From an uncultured Algimonas sp. (GTDB lineage Bacteria > Pseudomonadota > Alphaproteobacteria > Caulobacterales > Maricaulaceae), in assembly GCA_964352635.1 (NCBI GenBank), contig CAYGSV010000001.1, forward strand, positions 1 to 49,883: a stretch of 49,883 nt of DNA, in the 5' to 3' direction. Positions 18,974 through 28,894 of this stretch are shown piece by piece. How positions within the stretch are numbered: position 1 is the stretch's first letter; each line of letters opens with the position of its first letter. The notes below the pieces were generated by a model that had not been told where the DNA came from, made no database searches, and worked only from the letters and a program-made list of their open reading frames with translations. The translations under genes were made by a program, and so were the position numbers.

Positions 18974-19984
18974 ATGCAGGTTTCTTCATATCCAGATCTG
19001 CTCGCTTACTCACGACGCAATCGTACCACGGCGCAAATCCGTGACCAAATCCAGACGGTTTCGCAAGAAGCTGTCACAGGACTTAAATCTGACTTGAAAA
19101 GCGCCACAAATGGCGATGTCGGTCGAGCGCATTTATTGCAAAAAGCTCAAAGCGATCTTTTACAAGCGCAAGAGGTCAACACGCTGTCCGAAACACGGCT
19201 CAGTTTTATGTCAGGGGCTGTCGCAGGCGCCAGAACCACTCTTAACTCCATTGATACACGCGGCTTTATCGCCTTAAACAGCGGTACACCCACAGGCACA
19301 GATGCTATTGCAGATGAAGCAGAAAACACCATTGCTTTGATTATGAATGCTCTGAGCACCTCTCATGGCGAGCGCAACCTTTTCTCTGGAGATCGCACTA
19401 ATGTGACACCCTTCGCGGGGGCAGAGGCCCTTTTAGAGGATGTCCGCAACCTTATCGCTACGGCGCCCAACGCGAATGCAGCGATGGTCGCGATTGATGA
19501 TTATTTCGATACGCCAGGGGGCGGGTTTGATACAAATATTTATCAAGGCGGCGATGGCAACCCACCAGCCCTGCCCGTTGGAAACGGACAGACATTACAG
19601 GTTGGAATAAAGGCGAATAATCAGGAAATCAAAGACACCCTAAAAGGTCTCACCCTTATGGCGACAGCCAAAGAGTCTCTACCGCCTACAGACGCAACTG
19701 GCTTTGCCTTCCTCTTTGAAGAAGGCACAAAAGCCGCCGCCAAAGGAGGCTCTGGTCTTATTCGTCTCGAAACCGAGCTTGGCACATTAGGCGAGACAGT
19801 TGAAAAAGCGAAGACCCAAAATGATAGTGAGCGTGCCTCATTGAGCCTAGCGTTTCAAAACCTGTTTGGTCGGGATCAATTCGAAGCCGCCGCTGAATTA
19901 CAGTCACTACAAATTCAATTAGAAGCCTCTTACACAATCACTTCAAGACTCTCTAATCTCACCCTCACCAACTTCTTACGGTAA
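18974..19984 (+). CDS. flgL: Hook-associated protein FlgL (flagellin-like)
   Basis: Follows flgK; RNLFSG, QLEASYTITSRLSNLTLTNFL. Confidence 0.88.
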   Translation: MQVSSYPDLLAYSRRNRTTAQIRDQIQTVSQEAVTGLKSDLKSATNGDVGRAHLLQKAQSDLLQAQEVNTLSETRLSFMSGAVAGARTTLNSIDTRGFIALNSGTPTGTDAIADEAENTIALIMNALSTSHGERNLFSGDRTNVTPFAGAEALLEDVRNLIATAPNANAAMVAIDDYFDTPGGGFDTNIYQGGDGNPPALPVGNGQTLQVGIKANNQEIKDTLKGLTLMATAKESLPPTDATGFAFLFEEGTKAAAKGGSGLIRLETELGTLGETVEKAKTQNDSERASLSLAFQNLFGRDQFEAAAELQSLQIQLEASYTITSRLSNLTLTNFLR

Positions 19985-19987
19985 ATT

Positions 19988-21100
19988 ATGCGCCCTCTTT
20001 TATTTTGGCTGAGCCTTATCTTTGCAACTACGCTTCTGATGTTGCCTGGGACTGCACAGGCTAATGTTAAAATTAAAGACATTGTCGATATCGAGGGCGT
20101 GCGCGGCAATGACCTTGTCGGCTATGGTCTTGTTATTGGACTAGATGGGTCAGGCGATACAATTCGGAATTCACCTTACACCGAAGAGGCTTTATCTAAT
20201 TTGCTAGAGCGCCTTGGCGTGAATATTCAAGGCAGTGACTTTCGCCCGAATAATGTCGCCGCCGTTTTGGTAACTGCGTCTCTACGCCCCTTTGCACGCG
20301 TCGGGTCCAGAATTGATGTGAATGTCTCCTCAATTGGTGACGCCAAAAGCCTCGCTGGTGGAACGCTTGTTATGACACCCCTGAATGCAGCGGACGGCGA
20401 AGTCTATGCCCTTGCCCAAGGCAGCGTATTGGTTAGCGGTTTCCAAGCAGAAGGCGACGGCGCATCCATCACAGAAGGCGTTCCTACTTCAGGCGCCATC
20501 CCAAATGGGGCGCGTATAGAACGTGAAATTAATTTCGATTTTCAAAATATGCAAAACATTCGCCTTGCCCTACGAGCGCCTGACTTCACAACGGCAGAAC
20601 GTATTGAGGGCAAAATCAATGCGGGCCTTGGCGGCCCGCACGCTAGATTATTAGATGCCGGCACAGTTGAGCTTGATCTCTCACGTCTTGCCCAATCTCC
20701 TGCACATATCATCAGCAAGGTCGAAAACTACACACTTACACCGGCCCAGAAAGCCCGCGTGGTCGTCGACCAACGCTCTGGCACCATTGTCCTCGGACAG
20801 AATGTAAAAGTCTCCTCTGTAGCAATCGCGCAAGGCAATCTCTCCATCAAAATTACTGAAGACCCTGTCGTCTATCAACCTAACCCCTTTGGTTTTGGCG
20901 AGCCTATTCAGGTACCACGCACAGGCATTACAGTCCAAGATGGGGAACCTGGCAACATCGCCATTCTTGATGATAGTGTGACCCTACCTGACCTCGTGGC
21001 AGGTCTGAATGCGCTAGGTGTCTCACCCCGTGAAATGATTGATATTTTAAAGTCAATTAAAACAGCCGGCGCATTACATGCCGAGCTTGTACTTCAATAA
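19988..21100 (+). CDS. flgI: P-ring protein FlgI
   Basis: KIKDIVDIEGVRGNDLVGYGLVIGL; IKTAGALHAEL. Confidence 0.96.
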   Translation: MRPLLFWLSLIFATTLLMLPGTAQANVKIKDIVDIEGVRGNDLVGYGLVIGLDGSGDTIRNSPYTEEALSNLLERLGVNIQGSDFRPNNVAAVLVTASLRPFARVGSRIDVNVSSIGDAKSLAGGTLVMTPLNAADGEVYALAQGSVLVSGFQAEGDGASITEGVPTSGAIPNGARIEREINFDFQNMQNIRLALRAPDFTTAERIEGKINAGLGGPHARLLDAGTVELDLSRLAQSPAHIISKVENYTLTPAQKARVVVDQRSGTIVLGQNVKVSSVAIAQGNLSIKITEDPVVYQPNPFGFGEPIQVPRTGITVQDGEPGNIAILDDSVTLPDLVAGLNALGVSPREMIDILKSIKTAGALHAELVLQ

Positions 21101-21120
21101 ATAAATTATAAATCTTGTAT

Positions 21121-21147
21121 AAAAATGGCCGCTTTGAGCGGCCTTTA
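21121..21147. terminator. Probable bidirectional terminator between convergent flgI and fliG
   Basis: AAAAAT-GGCCGCT-TTG-AGCGGCC-TTT. Confidence 0.7.
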
Positions 21148-21155
21148 CGTTTAAA

Positions 21156-22280
21156 CTAACCCAAATCAGGTAAGACAGGTTCCGCTTTTTTAATCAAAGT
21201 AATGCGCTGTTCTTTTTGCAACTGACCAATATAGCTCATAAACCCAGACAATGTTTTATCCGCCTGCTTCTCTGTCATCTCTTCCATGGCCTCAAGCTCT
21301 TCACGAATTTGATCCGCCATACGTTGAGAAATATTAGACAATAAAAACTCAGTCACCATCTGTGATCCAAGTGATCCTGCTTTTAACATTTCACGCAATT
21401 TAACTTTATTATATTCGCGGAAGATAATTTGAATGGCCGTAGGCGGAAGACGTTCGGGCAAGTCGTCAAAAGTCAACATTTCATTACGTATCTTACGCGC
21501 ACGATCCTCATCGACCTCTTCAATGTCTTCTAGAATACGGTCTCGTCTGTCACGTGGCAGAACAGATAAAAGGTCGGCTACATAAATAATAGCTTCATTA
21601 TTCCCTTCAACTTCCTCTCCGCTCAAAAACTCAGCCTTAACAAATCGCTCTGTCGCCTTTTCCACAAAAGGCGCAACTTGTGTATCATTGGAAAGTCGTT
21701 TTACAAAATCCACAGATTCATCTTCGGGGAGTTCAGTAAGCACTTCAGTGACAACCTCCTTCGACAGTTTTGACAAAATCAGAACTGCAATCTCAGCCTT
21801 TTGCTCAATAATAAAATCAGCGATACTTTTCGCCGAACGTTGCTCCATTTCTCCCCATACACCTTCTCTTTTAGGTTCTTGGGATTCTGAGATCGAAGCA
21901 TCCATTGTTAAACGCGCAAAGCGATCATCATCCAGAATTTCACGCGCCATATCCATGGCTCTGTCGGGGCCAGCCTTAAAGATACCTTGTCGGCTGTTAA
22001 TTTTGACAATAAAATCGGCAATAACGCCTAATATCTTCTCTCGGGGAACTTCGCCTAATTGCTTTAAAGCCCGCAGGAACTGCTCAATATGTTGGTCGGA
22101 AAGTTTTTCAACCACAGGCGCTGCATTTTCTGCACCCATAGTGACCAAGATGATCGCCGCCTTTTGTGGCGGCGTCAGGTCATTAATAGACGTTTCTGGC
22201 ACTATGATATTTGCCGCCATTTGATTGCCCATTAATTCACTATTGAAATCAGCATTGATTATGTCACCCTCTAACATCAC
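21156..22280 (-). CDS. fliG: Motor switch protein FliG
   Basis: LTPPQKAAIILV, MLTFDDL, LLSNISQRMADQIREE. Confidence 0.9.
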   Translation of the reverse strand: MMLEGDIINADFNSELMGNQMAANIIVPETSINDLTPPQKAAIILVTMGAENAAPVVEKLSDQHIEQFLRALKQLGEVPREKILGVIADFIVKINSRQGIFKAGPDRAMDMAREILDDDRFARLTMDASISESQEPKREGVWGEMEQRSAKSIADFIIEQKAEIAVLILSKLSKEVVTEVLTELPEDESVDFVKRLSNDTQVAPFVEKATERFVKAEFLSGEEVEGNNEAIIYVADLLSVLPRDRRDRILEDIEEVDEDRARKIRNEMLTFDDLPERLPPTAIQIIFREYNKVKLREMLKAGSLGSQMVTEFLLSNISQRMADQIREELEAMEEMTEKQADKTLSGFMSYIGQLQKEQRITLIKKAEPVLPDLG

Positions 22281-23095
22281 GCGACCCCATAGCCACGCAA
22301 CAGCGCTTCAGTGATTTTCAACCACCCATCCGCCATAACAAAAAACGCCAATTTAAAGGGCAGCGAGACCACCGCTGGCGGCACCATCATCATACCCATC
22401 GCCATCAAGATAGAGGCAACAATCAAATCAATAATGAGGAATGGCATGAAAATAACAAAGCCAATTTGAAAAGCGCGCTTTATTTCTGAGAGCATGAAAG
22501 ACGTAATCAAAAGCGGCATTGGGGTTTCTTCAGACAGATCATAATTCCGCTCTGGCATCGTGTCAGCCAATCGCTGAATGGTTTCAGGTTCAACGCGGGC
22601 TTCCATAAAGCTACGGAATGGAGTCAATGTCCGGTCAATCGCTTGTTCTTCGGTAATCATACCGTCCATGTAAGGCGACAAGCCGTCATCCCATGACTGC
22701 GTGAAAACGGGCTCCATCACGAAAAAAGTCAAGAACATCGCGAGACCCATTATCATCATATTGGGGGGTGTTTGCTGCAATCCCATGGCTTGCCTGAGAA
22801 ACGAAAAGACAATCAGCATAAAAGGCAAGCAAGTAATCATCATCGCCAAACCAGGCGCCAAGCTCAACACTGTTACGACTAAGAAGAGCTGTATGACCCG
22901 CGCATCTAATCCGACATCACCGTCTTCGCTTTCAGGCAGGAGCTGATCTAGCGTATTATTCAAGCTCTCCTCAAGAGTTTCAGCTTGATCAGCGACTTGT
23001 GCAAAAGCCATATCGCCAAAGCTAAAAAAGCTCATCGCGATAATCACAACAAGCAACGCTAACAAACGCGGTTTATGTCGCAAGGCAGACATCAT
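22277..23095 (-). CDS. fliP: Export gate protein FliP
   Basis: RQAMGLQQTPPN, AMGMMMVPPAVVSLPFKL..F...DGW. Confidence 0.96.
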   Translation of the reverse strand: MMSALRHKPRLLALLVVIIAMSFFSFGDMAFAQVADQAETLEESLNNTLDQLLPESEDGDVGLDARVIQLFLVVTVLSLAPGLAMMITCLPFMLIVFSFLRQAMGLQQTPPNMMIMGLAMFLTFFVMEPVFTQSWDDGLSPYMDGMITEEQAIDRTLTPFRSFMEARVEPETIQRLADTMPERNYDLSEETPMPLLITSFMLSEIKRAFQIGFVIFMPFLIIDLIVASILMAMGMMMVPPAVVSLPFKLAFFVMADGWLKITEALLRGYGVA

Positions 23096-23472
23096 TAGGA
23101 GAGCATATCCTCCGAGATATCCACGATTTCCGTGATCTTTAGGCCAATTTCACCCGTCGCGACATCCGTTTCCACCAATTCACCACGAGCAATCACGCGG
23201 TTATCAATACAGACATCAACTGGGTCGCTAATGAGTTTGTCCATTTCAAGCACAGATCCTGATTTCAAGCGCAAAAGCTCCGCAATGGTGGGGCGAGCCG
23301 TGCCAACAACCATCTGGACTTTCACTGGCAAGGCATAGATTGAACGCTTATAATTTGCCCCAGTTTGCCCATCACGCCGTTCTGAAAGAGGAGGCTCTGG
23401 AGCATCAATCGTGTTAGCTTCAGCCAAATCAGGTGGGCTCATTTCGGCAAATTCAGTGTTATCTTGGCTCAT
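23095..23472 (-). CDS. fliN: Motor switch protein FliN
   Basis: SpoA domain LPVKVQMVVG...VIARGELV...GLKITEI. Confidence 0.88.
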   Translation of the reverse strand: MSQDNTEFAEMSPPDLAEANTIDAPEPPLSERRDGQTGANYKRSIYALPVKVQMVVGTARPTIAELLRLKSGSVLEMDKLISDPVDVCIDNRVIARGELVETDVATGEIGLKITEIVDISEDMLS

Positions 23473-24146
23473 GATAATGTCTCTTCAATATCTATCGACT
23501 GTATTCTTTTTGGGTCATGCTCGAAAGCTTGAGATAGTAATCTTAAACATTGTTTTGCGTTGCTCTCCGGGTCAATTTCAACACGCGTTACGCCCCAAGA
23601 AAAGGCAACAGCCGTTTCCGACATTTCTTCTGTCTCATCTATTGAGAGCCCCGTGCCGCCATCGCACACAGCTCTATTAGAAAGTAAAAAGGATTTGGCG
23701 GTCTTATTATTTGGATGAAGACGCGCAATAATCTCACCGCATGTTTCCGAAAACGTTGTTTTCTCAATGACAGACTTCATTTCAATAAGGAGGCTACGCT
23801 CCGCTAAAGCAGGGAGTACGACTTCAAGAGATTTTAAAACAGCCCTTCCATGACTTTGTTCAATCGCCTCTACTTTTGTTGCTAACATTTCTTTTAATTG
23901 ACCGAGTGTGTCCTCCATGAGCTTTATGGTGTTCTCATAAACCGCGGATGCCTCTACTTTTCCAGCTTCTAGACCCGCCAAGTAATCCTCATTATGCCCC
24001 CCTTCAGTATCAACCTCGACGAAGTGGGCGCTATTATTAGGACGGTCATGGAAAACGGCAAAGTCTGCAACAATTACACGGCCTTCAAGGTCAACTTTTG
24101 GTAAAGGGGCTAGAGAATTTTGCGATATGAAGTGACGGTTTCCCAT
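23469..24146 (-). CDS. fliH: FliH-like protein
   Basis: YLAGLEAG (GxxxG) repeat, coiled region, C-terminal WG...EID; position between fliF and fliN. Confidence 0.6.
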   Translation of the reverse strand: MGNRHFISQNSLAPLPKVDLEGRVIVADFAVFHDRPNNSAHFVEVDTEGGHNEDYLAGLEAGKVEASAVYENTIKLMEDTLGQLKEMLATKVEAIEQSHGRAVLKSLEVVLPALAERSLLIEMKSVIEKTTFSETCGEIIARLHPNNKTAKSFLLSNRAVCDGGTGLSIDETEEMSETAVAFSWGVTRVEIDPESNAKQCLRLLSQAFEHDPKRIQSIDIEETLS

Positions 24147-25762
24147 TAGCTTGCCTGTGCTGCATCAGCGCTCAGCCAACTCGCTAAAAGTTCAGCAGCG
24201 TCATCGACCTGCTCGCTCGCTTTATTGTTCAACATATCAACGGGATCAGAATTGTCAGAAACTGGCCCCTCTATTCCCAACGGGGTCATATTTTGTTCAA
24301 GCGTATTACCGCCGAAAGCATCATCAGCACTCATCGTGCCAAACCCACTATTCAGATCCATAGGGAGTAGGTCTGGCATGCCAGTCATATCGTTGAGATT
24401 TCCCCCTGCTCCACCTTCTGTTTGAGACAAGAGAGGCCGTACCACAAAGAGTCCTAGAATTAAGGCCACAGCAGCAAGAATAAGCGCCTGCACCGTACTC
24501 CAGAGATATTGATCCATAAATTGTTGCATCACACTTGGCTTAATAACGAAATCAGTTTCAGCAGGTTGATTGAAACTAAGAGACCGCACAGTGAGACTAT
24601 CTCCTCGCTCTTCGTCCAATCCAGAGGCGGAGGCCATTAACTCACTTAATATATTGAGTTCTTCCTCGGAACGCGCTTCACGCGAAACGGTACCATCATC
24701 GGAAATGATTTGTTGATCATCGACCAAGACAGCAATCGTCATACGCTTAATCGCGCCCGGCATAATCTCACGACTTCTTAGAATTTCAGAAATTTCATAT
24801 GTGACTGTTTCAGAAGCCTCAGTACGATCAGACGTATTATTCCCGCCCCCTGCAGCGCCTTCGGGGAGGTTACTCGCAACTGTAACAGCAGCGTTTTGTC
24901 CCGCGCTACTGTCGGACATGTCAGAGGTTTGCTGTGATTTCACAACACGTCCCTCGGGATCAAAGGTGCGTTCCGTCAGGCTCTCACGCGTTCTATCAAG
25001 ATCAAGGGACACGCTGACCCGCGCATTACCGGGGCCGACACGCGCTTCAAGAATAGACATTAAGTTTTCTTTTAGCTTGGCCGCGCGCTCAATATCTGTT
25101 TCTCCACCCATTTCAGGGGGCATGTTCAGACCAGGCCCAACAATAAGACCGCGAACCGTATCGATTACAGCGACATCTTCAGGCTTAAGGCCCACGACAG
25201 AAAGGGCTGTCAGATATTGGACAGCCTTGGCTTGTTCCATATTGATCCCTGCAGATGTTGACAACGTTACGGAAGCTGAACTCGCTTTTGGCCCCTTGCT
25301 AAAACCAGCCGCCTTTTGCGTACCAAGATGCACACGCGCCGCGCGGATGTTGGGCATCGCCAAAATCGTCCGGGCCAATTCGCCTTCTTTGGCTCTCCAA
25401 TAGGTCGCATCAAACATTTCTGATGACATCGCAAAGCTATTCACATCATCGAATAACTCATAGCCGACGATACTTTGTTTGGGCAGGCCTTCTCTTGCGA
25501 GTTCTAGCCTCAGAGCATCACGTCGGTTAATATCTGTGTAGATTGCATTGCCACGCACATCATATTTCACGCCAATACCATCGAGACGCGCAATCACATC
25601 GCCGGCCGTTGCCTGATCAAGCCCCGCATAAAGCAAACCCATTTTGGGTTTCATGGTGACAGAAGCCAATAAAAAGATGAACGCCAAAGTGCCGATAGCA
25701 CTTACGATAGATAGAATGCGTTTTTGTAGCGGTAGAGCCAACCACACGTTTATTATATTCAT
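24146..25762 (-). CDS. fliF: MS-ring protein FliF
   Basis: LYAGLD, GYELFD, RAKEGELARTI, ARVHL; start moved to ATG 25762. Confidence 0.95.
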   Translation of the reverse strand: MNIINVWLALPLQKRILSIVSAIGTLAFIFLLASVTMKPKMGLLYAGLDQATAGDVIARLDGIGVKYDVRGNAIYTDINRRDALRLELAREGLPKQSIVGYELFDDVNSFAMSSEMFDATYWRAKEGELARTILAMPNIRAARVHLGTQKAAGFSKGPKASSASVTLSTSAGINMEQAKAVQYLTALSVVGLKPEDVAVIDTVRGLIVGPGLNMPPEMGGETDIERAAKLKENLMSILEARVGPGNARVSVSLDLDRTRESLTERTFDPEGRVVKSQQTSDMSDSSAGQNAAVTVASNLPEGAAGGGNNTSDRTEASETVTYEISEILRSREIMPGAIKRMTIAVLVDDQQIISDDGTVSREARSEEELNILSELMASASGLDEERGDSLTVRSLSFNQPAETDFVIKPSVMQQFMDQYLWSTVQALILAAVALILGLFVVRPLLSQTEGGAGGNLNDMTGMPDLLPMDLNSGFGTMSADDAFGGNTLEQNMTPLGIEGPVSDNSDPVDMLNNKASEQVDDAAELLASWLSADAAQAS

Positions 25763-25801
25763 CCTAATTGCCTTGGGAAAAATCCTGTTTACCAGAAAGG
25801 C

Positions 25802-25816
25802 ACACTTTATCAGTGT
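25802..25816. promoter_or_regulatory. Palindromic site ACACY-N5-RGTGT, copy 4 (fliF/fliL divergent region)
   Basis: ACACT-TTATC-AGTGT. Confidence 0.65.
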
Positions 25817-25839
25817 ATTTCTGCATAACGTGCTAATAA

Positions 25840-25855
25840 TTAACAGACGGTTTAC
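25840..25855 (+). promoter_or_regulatory. CtrA-box-like site in fliF/fliL region
   Basis: TTAA-CAGACGG-TTTAC, one mismatch (same variant as 6319-6334). Confidence 0.55.
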
Positions 25856-25911
25856 TACTATGTGTTTTTTAGGAAACACCAAATAATAGTACTCGGAAGT
25901 ATTCTGTCACT

Positions 25912-26439
25912 ATGGCTAAAAAAAATAAAAAGGATAAAGGCAATCTCGAAGTGTCTGCAGAAGACGCGGAAGGTCAGCCTAAAAAAGGCGGCTTAATAGG
26001 GGCTATCCTAACGCCCTTGCTCTTAGCGGCGGCCTCATTCGGCACCGTATATTCACTACCAAGCGGAGAGGCAAAGTTTCCCGCCGAAGATCATGCTGAA
26101 ACAGAAGAATATCATGCGGAAGAGCATATTGATTTTACGTCTAAGAACTTGGACATCGTCGAACTGAATGAATTTGTCATTTCCCTGAGAGAAGGTCGGC
26201 AAGTTCTAAGAATATTATTAGCCGTAGAAGCTCCAAGTGAGTCCGCGAGCACAATTGATCCCAATGATTTACGATTGCGTGATGCCTTTATGAGCTATCT
26301 ACGCGCGATCGAAGTTGAGCAGCTAGAAGATGTGACATTCATGCCGCAACTCAGGGCTCAATTACTGCGTCGGGCCAAGCTTGTTTTAGGAGACGAAAAT
26401 GTCTCTGGAATTCTTATCACTGATTTTCTAATTCGATAA
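25912..26439 (+). CDS. fliL: Basal-body-associated protein FliL
   Basis: N-terminal TM, RLRDAFMSYLR...LRAQLLRRA...ILITDF. Confidence 0.85.
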   Translation: MAKKNKKDKGNLEVSAEDAEGQPKKGGLIGAILTPLLLAAASFGTVYSLPSGEAKFPAEDHAETEEYHAEEHIDFTSKNLDIVELNEFVISLREGRQVLRILLAVEAPSESASTIDPNDLRLRDAFMSYLRAIEVEQLEDVTFMPQLRAQLLRRAKLVLGDENVSGILITDFLIR

Positions 26440-27176
26440 TGGAAAGCTTTATGTCATTACCGATTGATTTTGCATTAGTTCAAGATGTTGTCCTATTGCT
26501 AATATCAGGCCTAGCTTGCCTGTATTGTGCCTTATTAAACCGGCGCCTAAAGGGATTAAGTAATCTCAAATCAGGCGTGGGCGCGTCTATTGTTTCACTT
26601 ACAAACGCTATCAAAGAGACACATCAGGCGGCCAAGTCAACGCAAGAAACGACAATAGAGTCTATAGAAACTCTAAAAGACTTACTGGCCCAAGCCAAAG
26701 CTGCCTCCATGAAATTAGAGTCAGAAACTATCAGTCTCCAACGTAAAATACATACGGCTACAAAACTGGAAACCCAGTTGGACGAAAAGCTTGAAGAAAC
26801 CTTGCCCAACACAATTAAAAAGGCGCAAACGACAGCGTCCAATTTGCTAAAAGTAGTAACAGATATTGAGAAATACCGGATTTCCGCATCTTTAAATGCC
26901 ACGCCAATCGCTCAATCAAACTCTGTAGCAGAGGATGTGAAGGCGCCGAGTGAATCGCTTAAAAGACCCTCTCCCCGCTTAACAGTTGTTGAGGCAGATA
27001 GTGGTGACTCCCAGCTCAACTCAGATAAAGCTGAGGAGACTTCACTTCTGGGAATAACTGCTTCAGAAAAAGACCCCATTGATGAATTATTTGATGATAT
27101 CGATACGCTCGTTAAGCGTAAGGGCGTGAGAAAACATCTCGGTTTTTTAAAATCACGTGAATATTATAAATCATGA
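26439..27176 (+). CDS. Membrane-anchored coiled-coil hypothetical flagellar-cluster protein
   Basis: TM segment then LNRRLKGL..LKSGVGASI; sits between fliL and motE. Confidence 0.7.
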   Translation: MESFMSLPIDFALVQDVVLLLISGLACLYCALLNRRLKGLSNLKSGVGASIVSLTNAIKETHQAAKSTQETTIESIETLKDLLAQAKAASMKLESETISLQRKIHTATKLETQLDEKLEETLPNTIKKAQTTASNLLKVVTDIEKYRISASLNATPIAQSNSVAEDVKAPSESLKRPSPRLTVVEADSGDSQLNSDKAEETSLLGITASEKDPIDELFDDIDTLVKRKGVRKHLGFLKSREYYKS

Positions 27177-27784
27177 AGAGCCGTGTCCTTCCGATAATTG
27201 CGATAAGTTTTGGTCTTGTTTGCGCTCTACAGCTCACAACGTTGTCATTGGCAAATGCGGATGAAGAAGCCTCAAGCAAAGCCTCCATCACCGAAAAAAA
27301 TGAAACTGATAAGCAGGGAGACTCCCAGTCCTATGAACAAACAGGCGGCTCTAGTGACTCATCGGAGAAAGTTTGTTTAACAAGCACACTCGCGGACGCC
27401 CTTCTTTTGGAACAGGTGAGATTGGACAATCGAGCACTAGAAATCGCTAAACGTGAAAAAGCCTTATCATCCCTAGAAGTAAAACTTGATGAGCAACTCA
27501 CAAGCCTTCAAACGACAAAAGAAGACGTACAGAAACAACTCGACCGTATTGAAACTGTTGCGTCATCAGATTTGGAACATCTTATTTCTATGTATGAAAC
27601 GATGAAGCCCAAAAAAGCTGCAGAGATTTTTGATAGCATGGCTCCAAGCTTTGCCGCCGGTTTTTTGCGTGACATGAACAGTGCAAAGGCAGGTATGATT
27701 ATGTCTGAAATGCAGGCGAAAAAATCATATGAGATTAGTCTTGTGATCGCGAGTAGAAACGCAGAGCTTCGCAAAACGCAGTAA
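27173..27784 (+). CDS. motE: MotE-family protein
   Basis: Signal/TM, coiled coil, LISMYETMKPKKAAEIF motif. Confidence 0.8.
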   Translation: MKSRVLPIIAISFGLVCALQLTTLSLANADEEASSKASITEKNETDKQGDSQSYEQTGGSSDSSEKVCLTSTLADALLLEQVRLDNRALEIAKREKALSSLEVKLDEQLTSLQTTKEDVQKQLDRIETVASSDLEHLISMYETMKPKKAAEIFDSMAPSFAAGFLRDMNSAKAGMIMSEMQAKKSYEISLVIASRNAELRKTQ

Positions 27785-27940
27785 AAGATCACTCAAAAAC
27801 ACAAACAAACTGCAGGTCTAGAAAACCTTAGGGTGTGTTCTTCACAGTAAATTACTTCTTTTTGCTTTAACTCTCTTCAACAGTTGTTAAAGTAAATTCA
27901 GATCATGTGGGGTGATTCGGTTTGGGCTGGGTAACGACAC

Positions 27941-28705
27941 ATGTTGAAACTAATAGAAAGTGAAGATTCTAATTCTCACGTTATTGATATAACGGGGAAT
28001 GTTTTCCATTTGATTGAATGCACAGTTTCCGCGGATGAATTGTGGGATATACTCTTCCAGTTCAACGCCTCCCTCAAACTTCATGCTTTTACTTATTACC
28101 ACATCGCCCCCGCTGGTGCGCGTGATTATGGCAACCACTACTTTGTATCACGCGGCAAAAACCATTCGGCACTAGCAGTTTATAAATCTGCTGTTTTCGA
28201 TCCGACGAAATCTTTTTTGCATGTTGCGAAACGTTGTAACAACTCAACATTATTCACTTCGAGGTCAAATTTTGATTACCTTACCAAGGATCAATTAAAT
28301 CTCTTTAAAACACTTCACATGAAGGAAAGCTCTTTGGGTGTTGTTATTCCTACGCACAGCGCTAACGGCCGTAGTGGATGTTTCGTTTTAGAGGCAGAAG
28401 ACAACGAGAAAGGGCTTACAGAGCATGTTGTCAGACAGTTGAGCTGGGTCTGCCAAGCGGCACATACGCGATATAGTCAGATTAGACGAACAAACACAAA
28501 AGCAATAAAAAAGCTAACAACTCGTGAGAAGCAAATTTTAACTTGGGTTGCCCGTGGTAAAAGTAATTCAGTAATCGCGGACATTATTGGTATATCTCAG
28601 CATACTGTGAACGGGTATCTACGTAGTATTTATCTTAAAACCGGCACGTCAGATAGAACAACTGCCGCTTTACGAGGCATTGGCGAGACACTCATCGACC
28701 TATAG
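27941..28705 (+). CDS. LuxR-family regulator (degenerate autoinducer-binding domain + HTH)
   Basis: LTTREKQILTWVARGKSNSVIADIIGISQHTV HTH; about 170-aa N-terminal domain. Confidence 0.88.
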   Translation: MLKLIESEDSNSHVIDITGNVFHLIECTVSADELWDILFQFNASLKLHAFTYYHIAPAGARDYGNHYFVSRGKNHSALAVYKSAVFDPTKSFLHVAKRCNNSTLFTSRSNFDYLTKDQLNLFKTLHMKESSLGVVIPTHSANGRSGCFVLEAEDNEKGLTEHVVRQLSWVCQAAHTRYSQIRRTNTKAIKKLTTREKQILTWVARGKSNSVIADIIGISQHTVNGYLRSIYLKTGTSDRTTAALRGIGETLIDL

Positions 28706-28894
28706 ACGCAGTAATTCATCCATTCGTTTCATTTTGGAACAAATTTATGGTGGCAATGCCACTTATGAGCGTTATTTTCAGTCCACACTTACTTATTAAT
28801 GTCATGACTCAACTCATGAGTTAATCTCATTTTTCTTTTAGTCTGTTCCGCTATTACACCGTTGAACTCAATATATTTGAATTTCATCGGAAAT

